DNA from: Octopus vulgaris
Taxonomy: Eukaryota
Direction: 5' to 3'
Length of the DNA: 64,000 bases
Assembly: GCA_951406725.2 (NCBI GenBank)
Contig: OX597820.1
Coordinates: 56,048,001-56,112,000, forward strand
A program made the translations under genes and the position numbers. The stretch's first letter is position 1. The number at the start of each line of letters is the position of its first letter. The notes below the pieces were generated by a model that did no database searches, was not told the DNA's origin, and saw only the letters and a list, made by a program, of their open reading frames with translations. Below are positions 1 to 12,854 of the stretch, piece by piece.

Positions 1-182
1 ACTAAAATAAGTGTTGTTTTGGAACAAACATACCAAAGAATTAACAACTTTCAAACACATTTACAAACACATTGAACTACTTTAGAACGGTATTTAAATC
101 ATTAAAAGTCATTGTGTTGGCAACTGACCAAGCAGGTTCAGTTGTTTACAGTACTTGCAGCTCTAGTGCCATCCTTGTGTGC

Positions 183-217
<35 letters not shown>

Positions 218-221
218 AGGT

Positions 222-378
222 GCAGGAGTGGCTGTGTGGTAAGTAGCTTGCTTACCAACTACATGGTTCTGGGTTCAGTATCACTGCATGACCCTTGGAC
301 AAGTGTCTTCTACTATAGCCTTGGGCCAATCAAAGCCTTGTGAGTGGATTTGGAAGACGGAAATTGAAAGAAGCCTGT

Positions 379-429
<51 letters not shown>

Positions 430-636
430 GTGAGTGTAAGTTTGTGTGTTGGTGTTTGTTCCCCCAATATTGCTTGACAACCGATATTGGTGTGTTTACA
501 TCCCAATAACTTAGCAGTTTGGCAAAGAGACTGATAGCATAAGTACTAGACTTACAAAGAATAATCCCTGGGGTCAATTTACTTGACTAAAGGCGGTGCT
601 CCATCAGTAAAATGACTGACACAAGTATAAGAGTAA

Positions 637-637
<1 letters not shown>
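222..637 (+). mobile_element. tRNA-derived SINE family A, full length
   Basis: A-box TGGCTGTGTGG, B-box GGTTCAGT, CORE-like gaccttgg-caagt segment, internal (TA)n/(TG)n tract, 3' end ggtgctcc...atgactga..caagta..agag. Confidence 0.85.
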
Positions 638-673
<36 letters not shown>

Positions 674-1122
674 TACATATATGTGTGTGTGTGTCTTTGT
701 GTCTATGTTTGTCCCCCCATCATTGCTTGACAACAACTGATGTTAGTGAGTTTACGTCGCCTGTAACTTAGCAGTTTGGAAAAAGAAACTGATAGAATAA
801 GTATTAGGCTTACAGAGAACAAGTCCTAAGGTTGAATTCTTTGACTTAAAACCCTTTTAAGGCGGTCAAACGACAAACATGTAAAAGAATAAAAGAATAT
901 GTCTATGTATGTATGTATTCATATGTGTATACACATACATATATTTATGAAATATGCATGTAATATCTGATATATATGTATGAGATATAATTTTATATAC
1001 ACATAATGTACCAGATACTAAAAACTGACAAACACTATATGTTAAAGGAAGCATATCTTTACTCCTACCATCAATATCATCCCTGTCTGGTGGTGGTACT
1101 ACTTCCACTGCTGTTACTGTTG

Positions 1123-1162
<40 letters not shown>

Positions 1163-1789
1163 ACTTACTGAGAAAACACCCATTAACTGTTAATTTAACA
1201 CTGAGCTGTGAACAAACAGCATGGCTTCCGTTTCTCTGAATATCTCTCACAGGGTGACAAGAAGCTCACTTAAACTAACTGAATGCACTTGTCTCTGCAT
1301 ATTTATTGTGTCTTGTCTCTATTGAACTACTTTAGAGCTGTATTTAAATCATTAAAAGTCATTGTGTTTGCAACTGACCAAGCAGGTTCATTTGTTTTCA
1401 TACATACATACATGCATACATACATATATATTGAGGTCTTTGTCATATGTTTGCTTTATATGTTAACTGATAAATCAATGAATTAACTAAGACTATTTTA
1501 CTTTGACTTGTATAATTCTTTCTTTATGATTGATCCAAGATGTAAGAAAGTAGTGCAACAAAATATTCTCTTAAAAGTTTCTGAGAAAATGTTTTAAATT
1601 CCTGAGAATTTTTCTTTTCTGTTTTGGAAAGCAATTAAATAGTTTTAGGTGGAGTGTTATTGAAAAGCAAACTTTTGTATTAAAGAAACTGTATGTGTTT
1701 GAAAAAGTTAGTCATAGAGCATTGTATATGTATATCAGGGTATATGATGGAATTTGGACCTAAGAAGTCCTCTCATTTTTGAAATAATC

Positions 1790-2413
1790 AGTGCTACTTT
1801 AGCGTATAGTCTACCTAGCCATTTGCATTTTGTACTCTATTCACTAGTGTAGCTGAAGGATGGGGGCAGTGGGAGCAGTGCTTTTGGATCTGCTGTAGAA
1901 AATATGCTTTTTGTGGGGTCTGAGGGTGGCAAACGGAAGGGCTGCCCCCAGGTGGCACACACTCTAGCTACACTAGTGACTATCCCTAAATCTTTACCAT
2001 AGCCTAACTCTAACCCCTAACCCATTTGTAACGCTAAAAAAAAAATGGTATAGCTACCTTCTTGAGTCATACCAACTCATAAGGACCTGTTACCTGGTTT
2101 GATGGCATATTTATTTTCCCCACCTGGACAGGACACTGGTCTGTCATGCAAGATTACTCATTCTTGCCAGCTGAGTGGATTGGGGCAGCATGAAATGAAA
2201 TGTTATGTTCAAGGACACATGTCACTCAGTCCTGGAATTGAAACCACAATCTCATGATCATGAGTCCAACACCCTAACCACTAAGCTACATGCCTCTACC
2301 AATTGTAATCCTAACCCCTAACCTAACTCTAAACTCTAACCCTAACCCCAGACCAGGTCATTTTACAGCATAGACAACAGATACTAAGAGAGACCACATG
2401 CTTCAGTAGCACC
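1790..2413. mobile_element. Merlin-like non-autonomous DNA element with (CCCTAA)-like repeats, containing nested insertions
   Basis: Imperfect TIRs agtgctact.../...agtagcacc, 8-bp TSD aaataatc/agataatc, degenerate taaccc repeats at about 2003-2022 and 2310-2349. Confidence 0.55.
1842..1978. mobile_element. hAT-like MITE nested in the Merlin-like element
   Basis: 13-bp perfect TIR cactagtgtagct/agctacactagtg and GC-rich interior. TSD unclear. Confidence 0.5.
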
Positions 2414-2513
2414 AGATAATCACTTCAAAATTTCTTCTTAACATTAATTTTAGGTTCTCAAACTTTAACATTCTGTAGTTTAAAGAGTCATCAATTCTAA
2501 TGGAGAACAATCA

Positions 2514-2905
2514 CAGGAGTGGCTATGTGGTAAGTAGCTTGCTTACCAACCACATGGTTCCGGGTTCAGTCCCACTGTGTGGCACCTTGGGCAAGTGTCT
2601 TCTACTATAGCCTCGGGCCGACCAAAGCCTTGTGAGTGGATTTGGTAGACGGAAACTGAAAGAAGCCCGTCGTATATATGTATATATATTATGTGTGTGT
2701 GTGTCTGTGTTTGTCCCCCTAGCATTGCTTGACAACCGATGCTGGTGTGTTTACGTCCCCGTCACTTAGCGGTTCGGCAAAAGAGACTGATAGAATAAGT
2801 ACTGGGCTTACAAAGAATAAGTCCCGGGGTCGAGTTGCTCGACTAAAAGGTGGTGCTCCAGCATGGCCACAGTCAAATGACTGAAACAAGTAAAGAGTAA
2901 AGAGT
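2514..2905 (+). mobile_element. SINE family A, near-consensus young copy
   Basis: Same head/body/tail as 222-637 with CpGs retained. Confidence 0.9.
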
Positions 2906-3621
2906 ATACATACACAACAGTTCAGAACACTAGCTGTATGGTTAAGAAGCTAGGTCTGCAACCCCATGGTTTCGGGTTCAGTTCCACAACACAGCACCTT
3001 GAGTGAGAGAATGTCTTCTTTTATAGCCTTCGGATGACCAATGCTTTGTGAGTGAATTGGTAGATGGAAACTGCGTGGAAGTCCATTGTATATATGTACG
3101 TATGTGTGTGTGTGTGTGTGTCTTTGTGTCTGTATCTTTCCCCATCACTGCTTGACGATCAGTGTTGGTTTGTTTATGTCCCTATAACTCAGTAGTTCAG
3201 CATCTGAGACTGAAAGAATAATACTGGAGTTGATTTGCTTGATTAAAAAAAAAAAAAAAACCTTCAAGGTAGTTCTCCAGTATGGCTGCAGTCCAATGAC
3301 TGAAACATGTAAAGAAAAAAAATGATACCACCTAATCTTATCAACTGAAACTCAGATGTATCATTAGAAAACTGGATGAATTGTAAAAGAAAAACTGAAA
3401 TAATAAAAGCTAAATTATAAACCTAACACAGGTACAGGTGTAGTTGGGTGGTAAGAAGTTTGTTTCACAACCATATGGTATCAGGTTCAGTCCCACTGTG
3501 TGGCACCATGAGCAAGTGTCCAAAGCCTTGTGAGCACATTTGGTGGATAGAAAATGGAAGAAACCCATCATATATATATATATATATACTCAACAAAATA
3601 TGCAGACAATATAAACCAGTC

Positions 3622-3838
3622 AAAGGTGGCGAGCTGGCAGAAACATGAGCACACTGGGCAAAATGCTCAGTGGTATTTCATCTGTCTTTGTGTTTTGAGT
3701 TCAAATTCCGCTGAGGTCGACTTTGCCTTTCATTCTTTCGGGATCGATAAATTAAGTACCAGTTGCATACTGAGGTCAATCTAATCGACTGGCCCCCTCC
3801 CCAAAAACTTCAGGCCTTGTGCCTAGAGTAGAAAAAAA
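3622..3838 (+). mobile_element. tRNA-derived SINE family C, monomer
   Basis: Head aaggtggcgagctggcagaa, B-box gagttcaaattcc, body gactttgcctttcat-ctttcggg-tcgataaattaagtacc. Related copies at about 55069-55290 and 60003-60405. Confidence 0.8.
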
Positions 3839-4271
3839 TATAAATCGGTCACTATTTGCAGCAGTTATCAATAAGAATGAATTGTCTAAATTTCAGTAAC
3901 CACAATAGTGTATGTTAACGACATCATTCCACAGATTATCTAGTTGGTTATTCTTATCTTTATCTTTCACTTGTTTCAGTCATTAGTCTGCGACCATGCT
4001 GGGGCACCACCTTGAAGAATTTTTAGTCGAATGTATCACCCCCTAGTCCTTTTGTTTTTAAGCTTAGTACTTGTTTTATAGGCAATGGAAAAAGTAGAGA
4101 TAACCAAGGAAAAATGTAATGGTAGAAGCATTGCTGCTGTGGGTCATAAATTTGGCATCAATGAATCTATCATTTTTTCCATTTATGAAAGTGAATAGGG
4201 ATGATTCATTTATCACTGTGTTTGTTTGGAATTAACTGCCTTGGATAAGTGAGGATAGATGTATATAATAT

Positions 4272-4885
4272 CCTTTCTACTCTGGGCACAAGGCCCGAAA
4301 TTTTGGGGGAGGGGGCCAATAGATTAGATCCATCCCAGTATGCAACTGATACATAATTTATTGACCCCGAAAGGATGAAAGGCAAAGTCAACCTCAGCAG
4401 AATTTGAACTCAGAACCTAAAGACAGACGAAATACCTATTTCTTTACTACCCACAAGGAGCTAAACACAGAGAGGACAAACAAGGACAGACAAACGGATT
4501 AAGTCGATTATATCGACCCCAGTGTGTAACTGGTACTTATTTAATCAACTCTGAAAGGATGAAAGGCAAAGTCGACCTCGGTGGAATTTGAACTCAGAAT
4601 GTAGCGGCAGATGAAATACCACTAAGCATTTTGCCCAACGTGCTAATGTTTCTTATTTCTTTATTGCCCACAAGGGGCTAAACATAGAGGGACAAACAAG
4701 GACAAACAAAGGGTTTAAGTCGATTACATCGACCCTAATGCATAATTGGTACTTAATTTATCGAGCCCAAAAGAATGAACGGTAAAGTCGACTTCAGTGG
4801 AATTTGAACTCAGAATGTTACGGCAGACGAAATACTGCTTAGCATTTTGCTCGGCGTGCAAATGTTTCTGCTAGCTCGTTACCTT
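4272..4885 (-). mobile_element. SINE family C, trimeric head-to-tail array
   Basis: Three consecutive copies of aaag-atgaa-gg-aaagtc-ac-tc-g--gaatttgaactcagaa with two alternative tail types. Confidence 0.8.
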
Positions 4886-6467
4886 CAGCTTTGAATTGGA
4901 GGCTTGAACCACTTCAAAGCAGTGCTCCAGCATGGCCACAGTTCAATGACAGAAATAAATAAAAGCTATAAGATAAAGACCTATTGTGTTACTAAATTCA
5001 CTCAGTTTAGCAAGATTCTCAAAGTGCAGAATGGTTTGGAAAGACTGTAGCTTTTGGTATAGACAAATAAAAATAATAAAATAAATGCTCCCTTTTAAAG
5101 CCTAGCCAGGCTCATGGGCCCGGTTTCCCCGGTTTCAATGGTGTATATGATTAAACATAGTTCTGTTTAATCAGGAGGTTGACAAGGAGTCAAGCAACAA
5201 TAGCAACAGCAAAGCCCAAGCATAACTGTGTGTTTACGAAGCTAACTTTCGATCATGTGGCCCCAGGTTCAGTCCCACTGCACAGCACCTTGGGCAAGTG
5301 TCTTCTACTATAGCTCTAGGCCAAACTAATAGCTTGTGAATGAAATTGGTAAGTGAAAACTGTGTGGAAGCCTGTCATATATATATATGTGTGTGTGTGT
5401 GTGTGTTTTTGTTTTTCTCTCTACCATCTGACAACTGGTGTTGGTTTGTTAATGTCTCTGTAACTTAGCAGTTCAGCAAAAGTGTTTGATAGAATTAGTA
5501 CCAGACTTAAAATATGTTCAGGGGTCACTTTGAATGACTAGATTAGCTGTTCATGACCGCAGCTCATAGGGCCACAGTTCACAGGGGCCCAAGCATCTTT
5601 CTGGTGGCCGCCAATATTCTTCTCTCTTTAAATATAATAAATCTTTCTTTAACTGACTTGTGTCTTAAATTTTTTGGCGCCCCTACCCCACTAAAAAAAA
5701 AAATCCAGTTTTCTGATCTGGCCTGGATATAAAAACAAAGTTGAAGAACCACTCACTGGACTTGAACCACTTCAAGGCAATGCTCCAGCATGGCCACACT
5801 TCAATGACAGAAACAAGTAAAAGCTATAAGACAAAGACTTATTGTGTTACTAAATTCACTCAGTTTAGCAAGATTCTCTAAGTGCAGAATGGTTTGGAAA
5901 GATTATAGCTCTTGGTTTAGACAGATAAATATCTTCTAATTTTTTTCTTCTCCAAAGCTGGAATAATGATACAATAATTCACAGGTGTTTGTCAGTCTAC
6001 ATATGTATTTGTTTTCTTATCTACTTATTTTCTCACAAACTTATTGCCCTATCTGCTTTTTATATCTATGGACATATCCATTTACTAGCTTGTTGGCAGC
6101 AAATGTAACACCACCACTTCCTCTATCTCTCTCTCTTCATCATTCTCAGACAGGCAGCAAAAGCTAGAAACAGTACATTCTTCATTCCTTCTGGCAATTT
6201 CATTTATCAAACTCTTTTAGTAATTCTCCTGTCAACACACACACACACATTAATACATGGAAACATACACACACATATATACATATACACACCTGTGTAC
6301 ATACATACACATATATACATATACACACCTGTGTACATACATACACATATATGTACACACACATATATATATATATACATATATATGTACATACATATAT
6401 ACATATATATATATATACACACATACGTGCATATATATATACATACATACATACATATGCACATACA

Positions 6468-6498
<31 letters not shown>

Positions 6499-7157
6499 AT
6501 CTATACAAACACACACACACACACACACAAATAGATATACATACATACAAGCAAATTCATAATTCAGATGTATTATGAATCTGCTTGTCTGAATGCTTAA
6601 GACAAATATCTGAAATTTTTATCTTATACCAAATTTTATTAATCTTTAGCTTATATACGAGCGAATAAACAGTTGTACTATACACTAGGGCTTTATCTCC
6701 ATTAAAATTCTCATATTATACATACATATATACATACATACACACACACACACAGATACACACATATATATACATAAGCACACACACATATATACATCAC
6801 ACATTCATACACGTATAGGAGAAAGAAAGTCATAGTTCAAGATGTAGTTATAGGTGGTAGGTGAACTTGAGCATTTACTGTTTATACCCATTACATTACG
6901 TCATTGCACACAATTTTACACGACCTCCCTCTATATACACATATATGTGTGTGTGTGTGTGTATGTACACAAACATACATACATAAACACAAAAATATAA
7001 ATCTTTAAATTGTTTCAGCTTCAAAGCTGAGTTCATGCTGGGGCACCACCATTGGCTGTGCTTCACCATTATTTGAAACCTCCTCTGATATGTGGCATTT
7101 GGTGAATAAGGGAGTTTTATGCTGCTGCCTCCATCTGTTTCCTGCTGTACATATACT

Positions 7158-7217
<60 letters not shown>

Positions 7218-7221
<4 letters not shown>

Positions 7222-7403
7222 GGGTGTGATGAGTAAATCATCACCATTTTATATTTTTAATTTCATGCATGCACAGGAGTGGCTGCGTGGTAAGTAGCTT
7301 GCATACTGTGTGGCACCTTGGGCAAGTGTCTTCTACTATAGCCTCGGGTCGATGAAAGACTAGTGAGTGGATTTGGTAGACAGAAACTGAAAGAAGCCCA
7401 TTG

Positions 7404-7448
<45 letters not shown>

Positions 7449-7952
7449 ATATGTTTGTGCGTCTGTGTTTGTTCCCCAACTTCGTTTGACAACTGAAGCT
7501 GGTGTGTTTTCATCCCTGTAACTTAGTGGTTCGGCAAAAGAGACCGATAGAATAAGTACTAGGCTTACAAAGAATATGTCCTGGGGTTGATTTGCTCGAC
7601 TAAAGGTGGTGCTCCAGCATGGCTACAGTCAAATGACTGAAACAAGTAAAGAGATTATGCACATTGTTTGTTTTTGATTTTGTCGACTACACAGTACTGT
7701 GGGGTCAGTTGGGCACCGTCTGTGAGAAAACCAGCAACATGATGCAATCCACTCTGCCAGAAATTTGGAAACAACATGCAATATTGCTTGCTTATTCAAG
7801 CTGGAAGCTCCAATACGAACATCTAACAGTGTTTTAGTGTCAATCTGAGGACATGTACTGAGAGTGTGAAAAATCCAGTCACACTTTCCCACATGGCTTC
7901 AGACTCAACATAGAGGCCTACATCAAGTGCTTGGAGGAGGTAGTGCTGCCCT
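7218..7952 (+). mobile_element. Internally deleted maT/DD37D-like Tc1-mariner superfamily transposon, interrupted by a SINE A (about 7271-7655)
   Basis: cagggtg terminus, N-terminal remnant TLPEIWKQHAILL, catalytic-region remnant FPHGFRLNIEAYIKCLEEVVLP. The SINE is flanked by an atgcac repeat. Confidence 0.6.
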
Positions 7953-8231
7953 TATTTTACAAATAAGATACTTCATTCCACCGGCCTTTGCATGTTGGTG
8001 CCCCGGAGGTTGTGGGCCTATTGCTTATGTGGGACATCTCACCACTACCCAAACAGTATTAAGGCAATGACAGGCTGAGATGAACATACATGCATGTACA
8101 CATATATGCGCGCATGCACACATGCTTGTACACACAAATACACACACAAACACACACACACACACACATACACACACGGACGCACGCACACAAAGGCATG
8201 GCTAATAAGCCCAGCTACAGCTGTTTAGATG

Positions 8232-8686
8232 CAGGCATGGCTGTGTAGGTATTAAGCACCTTTCCCATGTTCAAAGTTTCAGGTTCAGTCCCACCGTGTG
8301 GCACTTTGGTCAAATGTCTTCTATTATAACCCAGGGCTGATCAAAGCCTTGTGAGTGCATTTGGTAGACAGAAACAGAAAGAAGACTGTCATATGAGTGT
8401 GTCTTTGTGTGTGCACCTGTGTGTGTGTGTCCTCATGTATGCATGTATGTGTGCGTGGACATTTGTGTCTCCTTGTCTTGGCAAATTTCAACACTGTACA
8501 TGCAGTATTGTTTGTTTCCAGTCTTTTATGTAAACTTATCCAGCTAAGGAGAAATATTATTACTTTGTTATGAGGCAGGTAAGGGTTGATGACAGCAATG
8601 GCATCCAGCCTGAGAAAATCTGCCACAATGAATTCTGTCTGATCCATGCAAGCATGAAAAAGTAGACATTAAGATGATGATGATGT
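8232..8686 (+). mobile_element. SINE with family-A head and RTE-type (GAT)n tail (second copy about 21620-22100)
   Basis: A-type head and CORE-like segment followed by ggcatccagc...catgcaagcatgaaaaagtagacattaagatgatgatg. Confidence 0.65.
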
Positions 8687-8714
8687 TGATATATATCTAT
8701 ATATGTCTACCCAG

Positions 8715-8980
8715 CAATCTATCAATCTGTCTATAAATTTGTCTGTCTGCCTATCTATCTATCTATCTATCTGTCTGTCTGTTTGTCTATCTGTCTGTCT
8801 GTCTATCTGTCTGTCTGTCTATCTGTCTGTCTATCTATCTGTCTGTCTGTCTATCTATCTATCTGATCTGTCTGTGTATCTGTCTGTCTGTCTATCTGTC
8901 TATTTGTCTGTCTATCTATCTGTCTGTCTGTCTATCTATCTGTCTATCTGTCTGTCTATCTGTCTGTCTGTCTGTCTGTC
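8715..8980. repeat. (TCTA/TCTG)n compound microsatellite
   Basis: Direct inspection. Confidence 0.95.
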
Positions 8981-10082
8981 GAGTGTGTGTGTGCCCACCA
9001 GTCTTAGAGGCATTGAAAAACATAAAGGCTCGTGGGTGGTGCTGTATCTTCTCTGATAAATCACAAAAAGCAGACAAATATCTATCTGTCTTTTTGTCTG
9101 TCTGTGTGTGTACACACATGTGTGTGTGCATGTGTGTATGTGTGTGTATGTGTTTGTGTTTGTTCACCAGTCTCAGAAGCATTGTAAAAACACAAAAGAT
9201 TTCTCATAAAGCACTAAACTAGAAAGAAATAACTGCATATGGGTATATGAAACAATTGAAACCATGGTGTTCGACAATAAACTTGCTATGTATGTTTGCA
9301 AATGTATTACAGATGGGTGTTCATATGTATGTAGAAGTACATAAGTTATGACTATATAACATAGCAAAACTATTATAGTAAAGATTTAAAGATAGAGAGA
9401 GAGAGAGAGAGAGGACAGAGAAAAGGAAGGAAGTTCGAAATTAAAATAACTTGAAGTGATTTGTGAGGCATGTGTTCATACACTTGCATATATACGTATG
9501 TCTAAATGTAGAGGGGGCGTTTGTAAATGACAATATCTTTAGACATGTATATGTAATGTTAGTACTTAATGCAAGAAGAAATGAGATGTATAACACATTG
9601 TATGAATATGTGTATGCGTGCACGTGTATATGTGTGTGTGTGTGTGCGTATGTATGTATGTGAGTTTCTGCGAGCATGTTTGCATACATAATTACACCAA
9701 TAAGTTCTTGGAGTGAGTCTGCAGACGTTGTAGACAGAGAAGCATGACAAATATGTCAACAGGAAGATATCTCCTTTCTGCTGTTCTCTGTAATAAGTAT
9801 GTGTGTGTACATGCATACATACATGCATGAATACATACATACATACACACATACATACATACATACATACATGTGTGGCAAGGCATGACTCAGTGCAGGT
9901 ATGGTCATGTGGTGTTGATTTTCATTTTCTTTGCACATGGTTTTAGGTTCTGCTTGACTGCATGGTACATTGGGCAAGTGTCATCATTTATAATGTTGGA
10001 GGTCAATCAAAACCATATGAGTGGAAGTAGTTTAGTGAAAACTATACAAAAATCTGCTTTGTGTATGCATGTATGTATGTGT

Positions 10083-11330
10083 ATCATCATCATCATCATC
10101 ATTTAATGTCCATTGTCCATGTCGGCAGGGTTGGATGGTTTGACCAGGGCTGGTAAACTGGAAGGCTGCAGCAGACTCCAGTATGATTTGGTATAATTTT
10201 CTTTGACTGGATGCCTTCCTGATGCCAACCACTTTGAGAGTGTAATGGGTGCTTTTACATGCAACTGGCACTTGTATCTGCACCAGTATCTGCCACCACT
10301 GTGATTTTACTTGGCTTGATGGGTCAGCTTCTAAAGCACAACATAATGCCAAAGGCTTCAGTCATTGTCTCAGTGAGGCCCAACACTTGAAAGGAACTCA
10401 GCCACTTTGCCTCCCTGAGGCTCAACACTCGAAAGGAACATTATTTACATTATTTACATTTGATGGATACTTGTCCTCATCATGATTGTTGTTAACACAA
10501 CGTTTCAGCTGATATACCCTCCAAATAACCGTCAAATGTAAATAATGTAAATAATGTACATAATTCTTCATCTCTTAAATATAGAACTCAAAAGGAACTC
10601 AGCCACTTTGCCTCCATGAGGCCCAACATTCAAAAGGAACTCAACTACTTTGTCTCCATGAGGCCCAATACTCGAAAGGAACTCAGCCACTTTGCCTCTG
10701 TGAGGCTCAATGCTTGAAAGGTGTTCTTTACGTGCTACTTATATGACACCAGGAACAGCCATGACTATGATTTTACTTGACTTGATGGGTCTTCTCAAGC
10801 ACAGCATATCGCCAAAGGTCTCAGCCACTAGTCATTGCCACTGTGAGGCCCAAAGTTCAGAGATCATGATCTACCACTTCGTCCCATCTCTTTCTGGGTC
10901 TACCTCAACCACAGGTTCTCTCAACAGTTAGAGACCAGCACTTCTTTACACAGCTGTCTTCGTCCACATGCATCACATGACCACATCAGTGCAGTCGTCT
11001 CTCTTGCACATCACATCTGATGCCTCTTATGCCTAACTTTTCTCTCAAGATGTTTACCCTCTGTTGAACATGTACACTGACATTGCACATCCAGTGAAGC
11101 ATGCTAGCTTCATTTCCCTCAAGTCTATCCTTGGCTGTGACAGCCCATGTTTCACTGCCATGTAGGACAGCTGTTTGCACACAGGCATCATACAATCTGC
11201 CTTTCACTCTGAGAGAGAGGCCCTTTGTTGCCAATAGAGGTACGAGCTCTTTAGACTTTGACCAACCTGATCTTATTCTCACAGCTATGCTCTCAGAGCA
11301 TCCACCCCCACTTCTAACTTGGACATAGAG
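10083..11330 (-). mobile_element. 5'-truncated RTE LINE: ORF C-terminus, 42-bp minisatellite in the 3' region, (GAT)n tail
   Basis: RIRSGWSK..LSLRVKGRLYDACVQTAVLHGSETWAV...RRLH*CGHVM...GRPRKRWDEVV is typical of the RTE C-terminus, with in-frame stops. Confidence 0.85.
10439..10590. mobile_element. Penelope-like fold-back fragment inserted in the RTE minisatellite
   Basis: Inverted arms cattatttacattatttacatttga/tcaaatgtaaataatgtaaataatg. Minus strand carries the 3' half of a hammerhead-like motif (gctGAAACGTT). Confidence 0.55.
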
Positions 11331-11935
11331 CTACAAAAGGTTTCATATCCACAAAGCCAAAGCCTTGTGGACAGGTCATCAGACTCTAGACAAAGACAAA
11401 ATATTCTAATTTCTCTAGTTAGATGTACTGTCTGTTCCCAACCAGTCACATATTTCCAAGTAAGGTAGTATTTCTCTATGGTCAAACTTATTTTCTACAG
11501 AAAACTAGAAATATAGAATAACATCATTTGTATGATGATGACGATGATGCACATTTACAACCATCACATGATGTCAAAACAAGGGTATACACACATATAT
11601 CATCATCATCATCATCAGCAGCAGCATCATTTAACGTCTGCTTTCCATGCTAGCATGGGTTGGATGATTTGACTGAGGACTGGTGAACCAGATGGCTACA
11701 TCATCATCATCATTGTTCGACCGTGGTCGAACAGATGGCTGCACCAGGCTCCAATCTTGATCTGGCAGAGTTTCTACGCTGGATTTCCTTCTTAATGCCA
11801 ACCACTCCAAGAGTGTAGTGGGTGCTTTTACATGCCAATGGCAAATCCACCCCACAAAACCAAAGAAAAACAACAATGTGAGGATGTGGCACATGCAAAG
11901 TATTAACAGATGTTCAGGGAAGGAAAGAAAGGTAG

Positions 11936-11968
11936 TTTAACGTTTTGAGCAAAGCTCTTCTTCAGAAA
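11936..11968 (-). ncRNA. Minimal hammerhead ribozyme-like motif (Penelope-type), GAAA mutated to AAAA
   Basis: TTT CTGAAGA A GAGC TTT GCTC AAAA CG TT AAA. Confidence 0.6.
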
Positions 11969-12194
11969 CAGGAAACAGAGGAAAGTTTAAGAGAAAAGGA
12001 AGACGGAGGAAAAAAAAATCACCAACGATCCACATGTAGCTACATTTTGCAATACATACATACAAATATATACATATACATACATATATATATATACATA
12101 TATAGGGAAAGTTTACGAAAAAAACAAAAGACGAAGACAGGTGGTATACAAAACAAACAGATGTATTAGTATAACGCTCAGGAACAGAAAAAGT

Positions 12195-12230
12195 CTTTTA
12201 CATTTCGAGCCTACGCTCTTCTACAGAAAG
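12195..12230 (-). ncRNA. Minimal hammerhead ribozyme-like motif in a Penelope-like repeat (about 12104-12285; truncated relative at 23441-23553)
   Basis: CTTT CTGTAGA A GAGC GTAG GCTC GAAA TG TA AAAG. The core has an A6-to-T change. Confidence 0.55.
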
Positions 12231-12445
12231 GGACACAGAAAAAACAAGGAGAGAAAAAAAATGTGTGTAGTGGCTAACGATCTATATATATATATACACG
12301 TAATTAATAAATATGTCTTTTAACGACAAAATGTTTATTCCAAATTAATATAAATATTCTAAATTAATATAACTCCTGTATGTATCATTACATTCTGATT
12401 AATATTGATAATCCTTTAAAAATGAGCTCTTTTCTCCTCTCGATA

Positions 12446-12591
12446 TTTCTGAAGAGTAGATATGCATCCATAATATTCTTTTTTCTTTTTCTTCATTTTA
12501 CTTGTTTCAGTCATTTGACTGTGGCCATGCTGGAGCACATTTTCAATTTCATTTAAATGGGATGCATAATTCATGAAACGACTGTAAGAAT
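12446..12591 (+). ncRNA. Long-stem-II hammerhead-like motif split by a SINE A 3' fragment
   Basis: CTGAAGA (12449)...tatgcatcc [SINE fragment about 12490-12538] ggatgcata...GAAA CGACTG TA AGAA. Confidence 0.5.
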
Positions 12592-12727
12592 TTTAAATAA
12601 CTTCATATTCCCTACTGTACATTATTATTTAATCTTTAATATGGAATTACAATTCTATATATTAATAATATATCTTTTATTGTGATTATTCCAGATATAA
12701 CCATTTCATTCTCTCTTATACTTTAAC

Positions 12728-12765
<38 letters not shown>

Positions 12766-12810
12766 TCACACATACACACATGCACACGCACACATATATT
12801 TATTCACTCA

Positions 12811-12854
<44 letters not shown>

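Noticed and set aside
281-577. Recurring ORF motif [27 protein letters not shown] in many ORFs
   Set aside because: Antisense translation of SINE A, not a protein family.
2003-2349. True telomere or chromosome-fusion site
   Set aside because: Short degenerate repeats lying inside a TIR element.
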